A DNA stretch of 64,000 nucleotides from the NCBI RefSeq assembly GCF_963921235.1, contig NC_086121.1, forward strand, positions 23,932,001-23,996,000, read 5' to 3'. Position 1 is the first letter of the stretch. Each line of letters starts with the position of its first letter. A program made the position numbers and the translations under genes. Below are positions 1 to 10,469 of this stretch, piece after piece. The notes under the pieces were generated by a model that made no database searches, was not told where the DNA came from, and saw only the letters and a program-made list of their open reading frames with translations. The stretch is from Mobula hypostoma. Its lineage: Eukaryota.

Positions 1-230
1 TCCCAATGGAAAGGCTCAGTATGTTCATCATCTGTCAGATCACCTATTGAATTCCTCATTTTATATCTTAATAAAGTATAAATTTCATCTGCGTAGTATC
101 ATATTGGTTTAGATTTGGACACAAATTATTTCTACAAAAAACTCCATCATTAGAACAATTATCTTCTGTATCAATAAAGATCTTTCATAAATTTAAAAAA
201 CCTTCATTTCACACTGATGTAAATGCTCAC

Positions 231-292
231 CGTGTCATACTTTTGTCCTTTGTTGGCTGGTTTTCCTGGAACCAGGAAATCAATATCTGAAC
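231..292 (-). CDS. CASP9: Caspase-9 probable coding exon 3 (linker); gene continues beyond the left edge
   Basis: TATTTCAG acceptor and ACG|GTGAGC donor. Phase 1 to 0, open frame (C)SDIDFLVPGKPANKGQKYDT, compatible with exon 2. Confidence 0.7.
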
Positions 293-1322
293 CTGAAATA
301 TGAGGACAGTTATCATTATACTGTTTCCTCTACATAAAAAAATCTTTGCTAAGTCATTGTAATTGTAATTTCAAACTCCTGCCGATTTAACCTCTGACTC
401 TGTTAGTCACTATTCATCTGCACTATGCTCCTTCGACACATTGACATTGCTATCAGCAGAAAACCCTCATTTTCTCTTAAATTGACTCTATATTCATGTT
501 AGCATGAACAAATTTAATGCACGTGTCATTTAAATGTTCCCACTGTTTATTTGATATATCCAAATTTCATAGCCCATGTCAGGTGTGGAAATGTATTTGA
601 AACTTTGAGGTTTTATGTATTTCATCTCGTAATGTAACAAAATGGAACCTGTAAAATCCCATAGTGCTTTGCTATATCATAGTCATAGACATACTTTATT
701 GATCCCGAGGGAAATAGGTTTCCCAATTTTTCTTGGAATATATGCTGAGTATGTATGTGACAGGAGCCATGTAATGTCTTTGATCATTGTTCATTGCTCT
801 GCCACTAAGGGGAGGTTGATGCTGGCCTTGAAGTGTAGCTGTACTAGAGGAGCATAACCTGAAAACTTGTATAAAAAGGAACATCATAAGCCGTAAATCA
901 GAAGCAGCCTCCAGCCATTGAGTGGAAATGTTTCATGTTATTGCTAGCAATAAATATGTCTCTGAACAGAAACACACTTATTTTTGGTTCTTTGTATAAA
1001 AACATAGTAAAAGGTACACAACACAGTCTTCGTAAATATCTGAAACACTTGATGATTCAGATCCGTTTTCCATTTTGCTATGCTATGTTGCACACCATTC
1101 AAACCTCTTGTCTATTAGTCATCTTTTTAATACTTTCTACATTCTTCTCAGTGGGAGGAGAGAAGGAGGACCTTCTGCTACAACTGATGGCTGGGACACA
1201 TAGTTACAAACTCAGAAGCTGCAACTAGGCCTGAATTAGTATAGAAAACAAATTTAAACAATTCCATTACCAAGTAATTAGTTCTTAAAATGCACAACCA
1301 ATTCTTTAGATTTTTTACATAC

Positions 1323-1563
1323 ATTGGACTGGGAGAGGAGTCTGGGTCACTTGCGGTGCTGGTTTATGTCGTTCGCCTATTTTGATTGGTTTAACTGAGA
1401 TGGAAGCGCTAGGCTGCATCAGAAGCCCCTCTTTCAGTAAATCAGCAAGATTATGTTGTTTGGTTTCTTCTAGACTCTCCAAAAAAGCTGGAAATGCTCT
1501 TGTCCCACGACTCTGCAGATCAATTATCAACTGACGGGCTTGGTCTCTGCGTGTCCCCGAGTT
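1323..1563 (-). CDS. CASP9: Caspase-9 coding exon 2 (CARD C-terminal half and linker)
   Basis: TGTAG acceptor. Encodes [43 protein letters not shown]..., matching the CASP9 [12 protein letters not shown] motif. Phase-1 donor T|GTATGT. Confidence 0.88.
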
Positions 1564-2966
1564 CTACAGTACAAGAAGTACTCTATGAGTCAAATTTTGA
1601 TCAATTATAAAATGTAATCTCAAACTAACTAACATTACAACATTAACAAAATGCTGCCCGGCCTGCTGAGTTCCTCCAGCACTTTGTGTGTGTTACTCAG
1701 ATTTCCAGCACCTGCAGATTTTATCTTGTTTGTCGACTTTACAACATTTGCTGGCATTCAATTTATTGAAATGGTTAATCTTCCAGAGTTTCATCATGAC
1801 AAGCAGAAATCACAACAAATTTCAGCAAATAGTCATAACATCTCTTATACACCTCCAATTCAAACACTCTCCAAATGTCTGGATTATACATGTAAATATA
1901 AACATGGTGATGGGCAATGTGTTAAACATAATGTTTTCAAGCTCCCACACTCCCAGTTATTTTATCTTCCTAGACTTGTGTTAATGTCCTCATCCAAATA
2001 ATATGCAAGGTTTTGATTGAGGAAAGATGACAATTGTGTATCTTATTCCTTCCACTTGAGATCAGGGCAAAAATTAAAAATGGGACCTGTGGATTTTTTT
2101 TCCCAGGATGAAACACCACAATAATGACTCAAAACTTACTTTAAGATTCAGAATTTTCATTTTCATCTCTTGATTTCATTGCAAACCTGCCATAGATTAC
2201 AAGTTTTTTAAACACCATTGGCTTGTCATCTTATTAAATAGTCTACCTCCTCATTGGGAGTCAATTTTGAAATGAAAGTAGATTACATCCGGACTGACTT
2301 GCACAATTACAACGATTTGTTTGGGTTGGGTATTTTTCAAGACGATAGATAAGATAAAGGGAAAGAAATGTGCCAAACAGACAGGAATTGTTCAAGCACA
2401 TCAAACTGACCGGATTTTCTTCAAGCAAATGGACTTTCTATGTATTACATTCCTGACACAACCTCAGTTGTGGAAGCAATTAAATGAACATTTAAAACAT
2501 TAAAAGATCCAAACAGGAACGTTTTCCAAACCATCTTAAGTGCATATCAAAACAAGTAGATCTTAACGAATAATGCAGAAAATGACGGAAACAATACAAT
2601 GTTGTCATCTCTCCACTGAAGCTGCCTGACGATTTACTATTTTTAACCTATTGTTGTTATTTCATATTCCAGCATCTGGACGGTTTCAGGAAAATAATGT
2701 ATTACCGCTCCTTTAAAATCCCACCTAGCCAAGGACTAAGCGTCTTTAACCTGAAATGTTATTTCGACAAATGCTGCTTAACCTGCTTTGCCTTTCGTCT
2801 CTTGCACTTTCTCTATTTATTTCAGAACGCCAGTATCGCCGCGCTTTATTTATTTTCCTAGAATCTCGGCCAGGAACGACCGGACTCCCTACATCTCTCC
2901 GACGATGGAGCGGAGAGTGTCACTAACATCCCAATCACTCCCGGGAGTCCCATCTCCCTCTCACAC

Positions 2967-3098
2967 CTTGACTTCCTCGATCATGTCCTCAGTGAAAATA
3001 TTTTTCGCCACCAGCCGGCTATAAAGGTGTTCAGGTTGCAGGTTGTTCACCAACGTTACTCGGTGTTTTTGCAGCAGCCTTCGTTGACTCTCTTCCAT
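2967..3098 (-). CDS. CASP9: Caspase-9 coding exon 1 (CARD N-terminal half)
   Basis: ATG at 3098 in GCCAAGATGG context. Encodes MEESQRRLLQKHRVTLVNNLQPEHLYSRLVAKNIFTEDMIEEVK, a caspase-9-type CARD. 132 nt, ending at AAG|GTGTGA donor. Confidence 0.88.
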
Positions 3099-3099
3099 C

Positions 3100-3290
3100 T
3101 TGGCGGAGCCCTCGACCGCTGAGCTACCCGGGGTTTCGACCCACCCAAGATGGCTGCGCGACGTTGACCAACTCAAGATGGCGCCGTTGACGCGCTCAAA
3201 ATGCCTGCGCGAGGTTGACCCACTCAAGATGACTACGCTGATGCACTCAACATGGTGGCGGCTCCTGTATTTAAGAGCAACGATCCTTGT
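3100..3290 (-). promoter_or_regulatory. CASP9 CpG-rich promoter/5'UTR with YY1-like motif array
   Basis: CpG-dense segment directly upstream of the ATG. Five CAA(G/A/C)ATG units at 3146, 3174, 3197, 3225 and 3248. Confidence 0.6.
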
Positions 3291-3947
3291 GGGAGTTTTA
3301 AAAGCTTGCAGATGCTGGAATCGGGTGGAAAAATAAATACACTGCTGGCCGCTGAGTTCCTCCAGTAGCCTGTTTTTTAAACACCCATGGGAGTCTGGCT
3401 CAGAAGCCAGAACAGGTCAAATCTAATATAAACGCTGTTTCAAAAATTCTCTAAACACTTGCCAGGGTCAGACAGCATCTGAGGATTCAAGGAGGAACGT
3501 TTCCAAACCATCTGAAAAGTGTATATCAAAACGAGTAGATCTTAAAGAACAAGTAATTCAGGAAATGCTGAAGCTGCCTGACCTACTGAGCATCTCCAGG
3601 GTATTCTGTTTTACTTCCAACATCTGGAGGATTATTTTTGTTTGTTACTTTGTTATTTTAAAACTTACACATCTAACTTATCATTTGCTGCACCTGCTGA
3701 TTTAAAGGAAAATTTCAAAGGATTTAAAATCAAAAACGACTCAGGATGTAGGCATAGAACTAAAATTATTGTTTATAGAACAACTTCTGTCAAGGTTGCT
3801 AAGGGAGCAACCCTATATTCTCTCAAGTTCAGGTTCATTGTCATTCAGACATACAAGTGTGTACTGTCAAATGAAACAACGTTCCTCTGAAGCAAGGTGC
3901 ACAACACGGTACATATAACTCACAGACAACACATCCTTTAATAATCC

Positions 3948-4685
3948 CAAACACGAGAAAATCTGCAGATGCTGGAAATTCAAGCAACACACTCAAAATG
4001 CTGGTGGAACGCAGCAGGCCAGGCAGCATCTATAGGAAGAGGTACAGTCGACGTTTTGGGCTGAGACCCTTCGTCAGGACTAACTGAAAGAAGAGATAAT
4101 AAGAGATTTGAAAGTGGGAGGGGGAGGGGGAGATCCAAAATGATAGAAGAAGACAGGAGGGGGAGGGAAGAAGCTAAGAATTGGACCCGCCGACTGAACT
4201 TCTTCTCATAGATGCAGCCCGGCCTGCTGCATTCCACCAGCATTTTGTGTGTGTGCTTGAATTTCCAGCATCTGCAGATTTTCTTGTTTTTGTGTTTTTA
4301 AATTCACTACTGCGAAGCCTCTTCCAGTGATGCCTACACTGAAGAAGTTTAAATCTTCTCTTCGACGGGAGTTTAGTGAAACCCTCTCTCACTGCTCCCC
4401 ATCTACAATTTCTTCGGCCCTTCAACTTTTTGACCATGCTCTCACCCAGACCCGCTATTACAGCCATATATCCTTCCTTGGAACATGTCCAGCTCCTAGC
4501 TTCTTCCCTCCCCCTCCTGTCTTCTATCATTTTGGATCTCCCCCTCCCCCTCCCATTTTCAAATCTCTTAATATCTCTTCTTTCAGTTAGTCCTGACAAA
4601 GGGTCTCGGCCCGTAACTTGGACTGTACTTCTTCCTATAGATGCTGCCCGGCCTGCTGCATTCCACCAGCATTTTGTGTGTGTTG
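3948..4685. mobile_element. Internally deleted Penelope-like element with inverted pLTR
   Basis: Minus-strand pLTR/3' end, then plus-strand pLTR, an ORF N-terminus-like remnant (MPTLKKFKSSLRREF...HISFLGTC) and a second pLTR. Flanked by 12-bp direct repeat CTTTAATAATCC (3936-3947 and 4686-4697). Confidence 0.7.
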
Positions 4686-4833
4686 CTTTAATAATCCAGT
4701 TATTTTTTCTGTCTGCTTGGACAGGAGGTACAGAAGCCATGTCACCACGTTCAAGGACAGCTACTTCCATTTGGTTCTAGAATCTACCAGAACAATTTCA
4801 ATCCCTGCAGTGTAACAGCATGATGATCACCTT

Positions 4834-5060
4834 CAAAGTTGCTGGTGAACGCAGCAGGCCAGGCAGCATCTCTAGGAAGAGGTACAGTCGACGTTTCGGG
4901 CCGAGACCCTTCCTCAGGACTAATCGTTAGTCCTAACGAAGAGTCTCGGCCCGAAATGTCGACTGTACCTCTTCCTAGAGATGCTGCCTGGCCTGCTGCG
5001 TTCACCAGCAACTTTGATGTGTGTTGCTTGAATTTCCAGCATTTGCAGAATTCCTCGTGT
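4834..5060. mobile_element. Foldback non-autonomous Penelope-derived element (two inverted pLTRs)
   Basis: About 90-bp near-perfect inverted arms around a TCG loop. 13-bp TSD TGATGATCACCTT (4821-4833 and 5061-5073). Confidence 0.75.
4886..4921 (-). ncRNA. Minimal type I hammerhead ribozyme motif in PLE pLTR
   Basis: AGUC-CUGAGGA-A-GGGU CUCG GCCC-GAAAC-GUC-GACU: core boxes intact, helix I AGUC/GACU, palindromic helix III ACGU. Confidence 0.65.
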
Positions 5061-5564
5061 TGATGATCACCTTGGTCACTTTGCCCGAAAAAAGACTTTG
5101 TTGTTTTTTGTTCTAAGTGTGTTCTTTCTTGTAAAAAGTTGTGTATAATTTATGGGTTTTTTTTACATAAGATGCTATATGCCTATATGTTATGCTGCTA
5201 GTACATTTTTCATTGCGCTTATACATATGACAATAAACTCCACTTTGACTCCAGCAATAGTTGTAAATCTGTTGATTTCACCCCTCTGATTTTCATTTTC
5301 TGATTTACTTTTCACTTACTTCATCATGCATCCCATTGCCTTTGTGCTTGAGCAGATCCCAGTTATCCCATTAAAACAGAATTTGCTGGAAAATCTGAAA
5401 TTAAAAAAAAACAAAATAAAATGGTGGAACTACTCAGCAGTTCTGGTAACACCTGTGGAGAGAGAAAGAATTATATAAATAATTCAGGTGCTGGGGGGCT
5501 GAATAGGCTGCGTGCCTCTTTGTGCTGCCTCCTACACTCAGTGAACAGAAATAACCATGCTAAT

Positions 5565-5989
5565 TGTTGTTGTGTGAATGAAATCACTGGAGAAAATTAC
5601 TGGTAGATGTAAAGCAGCTTCTTTATTGTAATAAACAAGGTACAGCAGACATCACAAGGAAACGCTTTCGGTCGAAAGGTCTGCTGGCCCGACGTGGGGC
5701 TTAATACTTTATGTGTCCAACATCAAAGGACTGCTCCATATTTACAATGTATGGACAATGCTTTCTTTGAAAGTACATACAACCCTCACACCTCCTGATT
5801 CACACCCACACCAATGACATCCAAATGAATTTCAATCAGCATGTCTGGACTGGGATTCACAGCTTTTCGGAACTCATTGGTTCAGAGCTGCACCGCAAAT
5901 TAAATGCACAATACATATTCAGATATGAAGACTGGGAGCCAAAGTCAATTGCTAAATGTCTATGTCCTAAACCCAAAAATCACTGAACA
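5565..5989 (-). mobile_element. Solo LTR (425 bp)
   Basis: TGTT...AACA termini, 5-bp TSD CTAAT (5560-5564 and 5990-5994), minus-strand AATAAA at 5622-5627 near the U5 end. Confidence 0.6.
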
Positions 5990-6504
5990 CTAATCAAGGT
6001 GAGGTCCAGCTAGAGCGTGATCAGACCAATTTGGATTTCCTTTGATTGGCATTTATTTGTCCTGCTTGGTTGTTTCATTAGCTCATCTTGGTAAATCTAC
6101 CAAAGCTTCCTGATGCCTGTCTTCTGTTCTCTTTGCCGTATTTCATTCTCGTCCATTTTAATTTTATCATCTACTTTTGATTTTCACATATTTTACACTT
6201 AACGGTTTGTGATCTCCAATTAATGAACATACTGCTCCTTCTGATCTGCTAGCACTGCATTTCCAGATCCAGTTGTTCCAACATGGAATCCGGTGGTATG
6301 TTATCACTATTAACTCCTTACTCTTGTTTTTATTCAAAGGTTTATTTTATTGTCAAAGCATATATGCAGAATAGAACTCCATAAGATACAGAAAAACCAT
6401 GGAATCCATTAATCTTGTTGGCCTTCTGATTTCAGTCAGTGTTATACCTATACCCAAGCTTTATCTGAATCACCAGAGCAGAGTTTTGAACTTATTAAAT
6501 TGGG

Positions 6505-7110
6505 GGACCACTTCACAGGGCCCCTCCACTGCATCCGCCAAAAGTGGGACTTCCCAGCGGCCAAACATCCCATTCCAGCATTCTATTCCCATTCCAGCAT
6601 TTTGGTCTATCACTCAACTTGTGCCATGATGAGGCCACCCTCAGAGTAGAGGAGCAACACCTTATATTTCGTCTGGGTAGCCTCCAAACTGACAGAATGA
6701 ATATCGATTTTTCCTTCTGCTAAGAAAAAAAATTACTCCCCTCCCCCTTCTTCTATCCCCCACTCTGATCTCTTACTGCTTCTCAGCTGCCTATCACTTC
6801 CCTCTGGGTCCCCTCCTCCTTCCCTTGCTCCTATGAGCCACTCTCTTCTCCCAACAGGCTCCTTCCTCTCCAGTGCTTTATCTTTCCTACCCACCTGGCC
6901 TCACCTATCACCTTCTAGCTTTCCTCCTTCCCCTCCCTCAACCTTTTCAGTCTGACATCTTCCCCCTTCCTTTCCAGTCCTGAAGGGTCTTGGCCCAAAA
7001 ATTCGATTATATATTTATTTCCATAGATGCTGTTTGACCTGCTGAGTTTCTCCAGCGTTTTGTGTGCGTGTTGCTTTGGATTTCAAGCATCTGCAGACTT
7101 TCTGGAGTTT
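6505..7110 (+). mobile_element. Penelope-like element 3' fragment with pLTR
   Basis: Degenerate endonuclease C-terminal region, pyrimidine-rich tract and pLTR (TGCTGAGTTTCTCCAGC...GCATCTGCAGA). Homologous to 12857-13400 in reverse orientation. Confidence 0.65.
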
Positions 7111-7325
7111 ATGAACTAAATGTAAAATAATGCTGCAGCAAAATGTTAGTAGCAGATGTAGCAAGTGTTAGGAAGACAACTGGGACATTGACCTAACTTG
7201 TAGGAGGGTCGGAACAGAGAAATATGGAAGTATTGTTCCAATTTTACAACATGCTGGGTGAAGCTACACCCGCAAAGCTGTACACAGCTTTGATCCCCTT
7301 ATTGAAAAAAGGATATACTGATAAT

Positions 7326-7458
7326 GGAGTCCAAAAGAGTACACTAGGCTAATTCCTGGGATAGGGGGTTAATTTAATGTAAGTATCTAATAAAATTTCT
7401 TAAGCTACTTACATTAGATTAACCCCAGGAATTAGCCTAGTGTACTTTTTTGAACTCC
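7326..7458. repeat. Inverted repeat (about 60-bp arms) within a decayed CR1 fragment
   Basis: AGTACACTAGGCTAATTCCTGGG...TAATGTAAGTA is mirrored by TACTTACATTA...CCCAGGAATTAGCCTAGTGTACT. Confidence 0.8.
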
Positions 7459-8029
7459 CTCCAGTGGAAGTAGCTTGACACGTACACTCATAAGTATATA
7501 TATTTTTAGAGGATTTAGTATTTTTTTTGAAAGATCGGGGAATTTGTAAAAAGGGGCTGTCACCGTAGGGAAGATGAGGCCTGGAACAGATCAACTTAAT
7601 CAATGTTTTTAAAATGAGAGGCCAAATGACTTATTCCTGTTACTGTTTCCTTATATTCCAATTTCTCCAGCAATTTATTTTCTGTGTTGGTTTTCTATGG
7701 AAGTCTGGCACCAATATCAGGATAAGTCAAAATTGAAATAAATGCTGTACCAAAAATTCTTTAAAGATCTGTCGGGATTTGATAATTAAATAAGATTGTC
7801 ACTTTCTCAAAGGAAATTGATCAATAGGATTTTCACAATCTGCATCAAATTCTGATAACTAGATTGTTACTATACAAATAAAGAATTTTTTTAAAAAGTG
7901 TATGGAATTGATTGCAATTAAACCATAATCTTGTATTTCCTCCTCGCTCTGTATAGGAACTTTAGAGAAACCTAGGTTGTTCGGGGATCCTTTTCCTTGC
8001 TGCAACGGGTGTTAATGACAAGTTGGCCG

Positions 8030-8236
8030 CTGCCGATTGGTTAGCTTTGAGAACTTATGATTTTTGGAAACATATCGAAGCAACTGAGGGAACTAAAACA
8101 GACAGGAGTTGAAAATAATTGAACTGAAATAAATGTTCTGATCTGTTAGTAGTAACTGTAGGAGACGGGGAGAGCGGCGGTGACTGGGGGAAGTATTTCC
8201 GGATCCGGTTGGAGTGGCGGCTGGGTGGCTCTGGAG
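8030..8236 (+). promoter_or_regulatory. DDOST promoter/5'UTR
   Basis: GC-rich region before the ATG. Inverted CCAAT (GATTGG about 8035) and ETS-type GGAAGT/TTCCGG cores about 8189-8202. Confidence 0.5.
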
Positions 8237-8414
8237 ATGGCGGAGGGTCAGAGTAGGAGCTGGGTTGGGAAGGTTGGGAGCCGGGCCTCGCTGCCCGTAT
8301 TTCTGCTACTCGCCTGCCTCCTGTCCCTGGCGAATGGAGCTGGACGGACGCTGGTGCTTCTGGAGAACATCAACATGAAGGAAACGCATTCGATATACTT
8401 CAGGAGCCTGGCGG
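8237..8414 (+). CDS. DDOST: Oligosaccharyltransferase 48 kDa subunit, exon 1 (signal peptide)
   Basis: GAGATGG start. Encodes MAEG...LPVFLLLACLLSLANGAGRTLVLLENINMKETHSIYFRSLA. Donor G|GTGGGT. Confidence 0.92.
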
Positions 8415-9245
8415 GTGGGTGAGAGGGATACTTTGCTCATAGGGAGACGTGGAATTGCTGGAGTTGGGTGAGCGGGTCGGGAGGTGGCAGAGTGCGAGAT
8501 GGAATGATCTGTAGGAACAATCAACCCACTAAATCTGCTTCACTTCATGGAATCATTATGGTTATGCCCTTTACTCCTTCTCCTTTATTCACTAAATCAT
8601 CAGCTAGACAGTCCCGTGTGTTTAAAAAAAACACTCAAAAAAGAGAGGACAATGTTCTGCAGACTTCTTCGGGTTCCCCCGAGTTACTGAAAACAGTCCA
8701 AGAGGTCATCCGAAAAAGGACGCTTGCTTTTTTAAGGATGCAATCGATTCATCTCCAGCTGTGAGCAACCTCTCTTCCATTTTGAAGGCCCACACCTGGC
8801 ATATCAGGTAGCAACTTGGGCGATGGTTCCGGAACTCTCATGGAACCCATCGGGTGAGGTTTGGAGAGATTGAGTGGAAATATACTCCAATGTTGCCTGC
8901 AATAGTTGAATGAGTGAAGAGAGGTTAAAATAATTTAAACAGTGTGCTTCAACATGAGCACAAGCGATTCTGCAGATGCTGAAAACACAAACTGCTGGAG
9001 CAAGTCAGGCAGAAAGCTCTCTGCCCACAACGTCAATTGTTTATTCCCCTCCGTAGATGCTGCCTGACTTGCTGAGTTTCTGCAGCTTTTTATGCGGGGC
9101 TTCAAAACGAACTGTTTTCTGCTACTGTATACAGAGGTTTAGGTTATTAATTCTGTAAGTATTGTCCTGGTATATTTCTGTGCTCACCTGTTGCTTTTTT
9201 CTTCTTCTCTTCCCCCCACCCCCCACCCCTGAAACCTCTAATTAG

Positions 9246-9356
9246 ATCTTGGGTTCAATTTGACATTCAAGATTTCAGATGATCCTGGTCTGTCTCTAAT
9301 TAAACATGGAGAGTTTCTATATGACCACCTCATAATTTTTTCACCATCTGTGGAAG
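9246..9356 (+). CDS. DDOST: DDOST exon 2
   Basis: AG/GT bounded. [37 protein letters not shown]. Confidence 0.95.
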
Positions 9357-9884
9357 GTAAGGATGTTTTCTTGTATGAGATTTTTACTTGTAAATTCAGT
9401 TTTGATAGAAGTATCAGTAAGAAAGCACTTGTGGTGTAAACGTTATTCAGTATATGTAGCTTTCTCAGAGCAGCAAGGTCATAAAAGGGAAGCCTGTTTG
9501 CTTTATTACTTCTTTATTTTTCTTGATATGATCTGAAACATCGTCTTTTAGCCAGCATTGCATGCTCTGCCCTCCATATACATTCAAATCTCTGCCACTC
9601 AGGTCCTGATGCACACCAAGTTATCATTCCTGTGTTTGCTGACCAGTCTTGGTCGCTGGTTATGCAATGTTTTTCCTCTTTCTTATCTTAGGTTTTACTC
9701 TTTCCCACCCCCATCACTCTAGAACATCAAAGCCTTACTTCCTCACTTTCTCTGCAGTCTCCTCCAGCCCTACAGTCTACTTCAGACATCTGCCTGTTCA
9801 GCTCTGATCACCCTGATCGTCCCTGAATTAAAGGTTCCTGGCACCCCAAGGTCCATTATATTTTTGATAACATCAATTGATATG

Positions 9885-10370
9885 TGCTGGCCAGTGCTAT
9901 CATGTTTGCTGTTGTGTGCTTGGGGCAGCAGGCTGAGGGTAGCAGACACCAACGGAATCAACAAACTCATTCGTAAGGCCAGTGATGTTGTGGGGATGGA
10001 ACTGGACTCTCTGCCGGTGGTGTCTAAAAAGAGGATGCTGTCCAAGTTGCATGCCATCTTGGACAATGTCTCCCATCCACTACATAATGGACTGGTTGGG
10101 CACAGGAGTACATTCAGCCAGAGACTCATTGCACCGAGATGCAACACTGAGCGTCATAGGAAGTCATTCCTGCCTGTGGCCATCAAACTTTACAACTCCT
10201 TCCTTGGAGGGTCAGACACCCTGAGCCAATAGGCTGGTCCTGGACTTATTTCCTGGCATAATTTACATATTACTATTTAATTATTTATGGTTTTATTACT
10301 ATTTATTATTTATGGTGCAACTGTAACGAAAACCAATTTCCCTTGGGATCAATAAACTATGACAATGTAT
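9885..10370 (+). mobile_element. Rex1/Babar-type LINE 3' fragment
   Basis: ORF2 C-terminus (INKLIRKAS...HPLH...PRCNTERHRKSFLPVAIKLYN), then an AT-rich 3'UTR ending GGGATCAATAAA. Confidence 0.7.
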
Positions 10371-10469
10371 ACAGTACACTTTGCTTTACTGCTACTAATA
10401 TGACTTTGAAACATAATCCTTAAAATCCCAACTCTTTTGACTGAACAAGGGTTCCCCTGCCCTGATAGA

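Noticed and set aside
3144-3262. CRISPR-like repeat/spacer reading of the periodic array
   Set aside because: The context is eukaryotic, the spacers are themselves related, and there are no cas genes.
4174-4780. 198-aa and 134-aa ORFs, plus similar ORFs at 4784-5063 and 53058-54057
   Set aside because: They are translations of PLE pLTR repeats; the same peptides recur on both strands at several loci.
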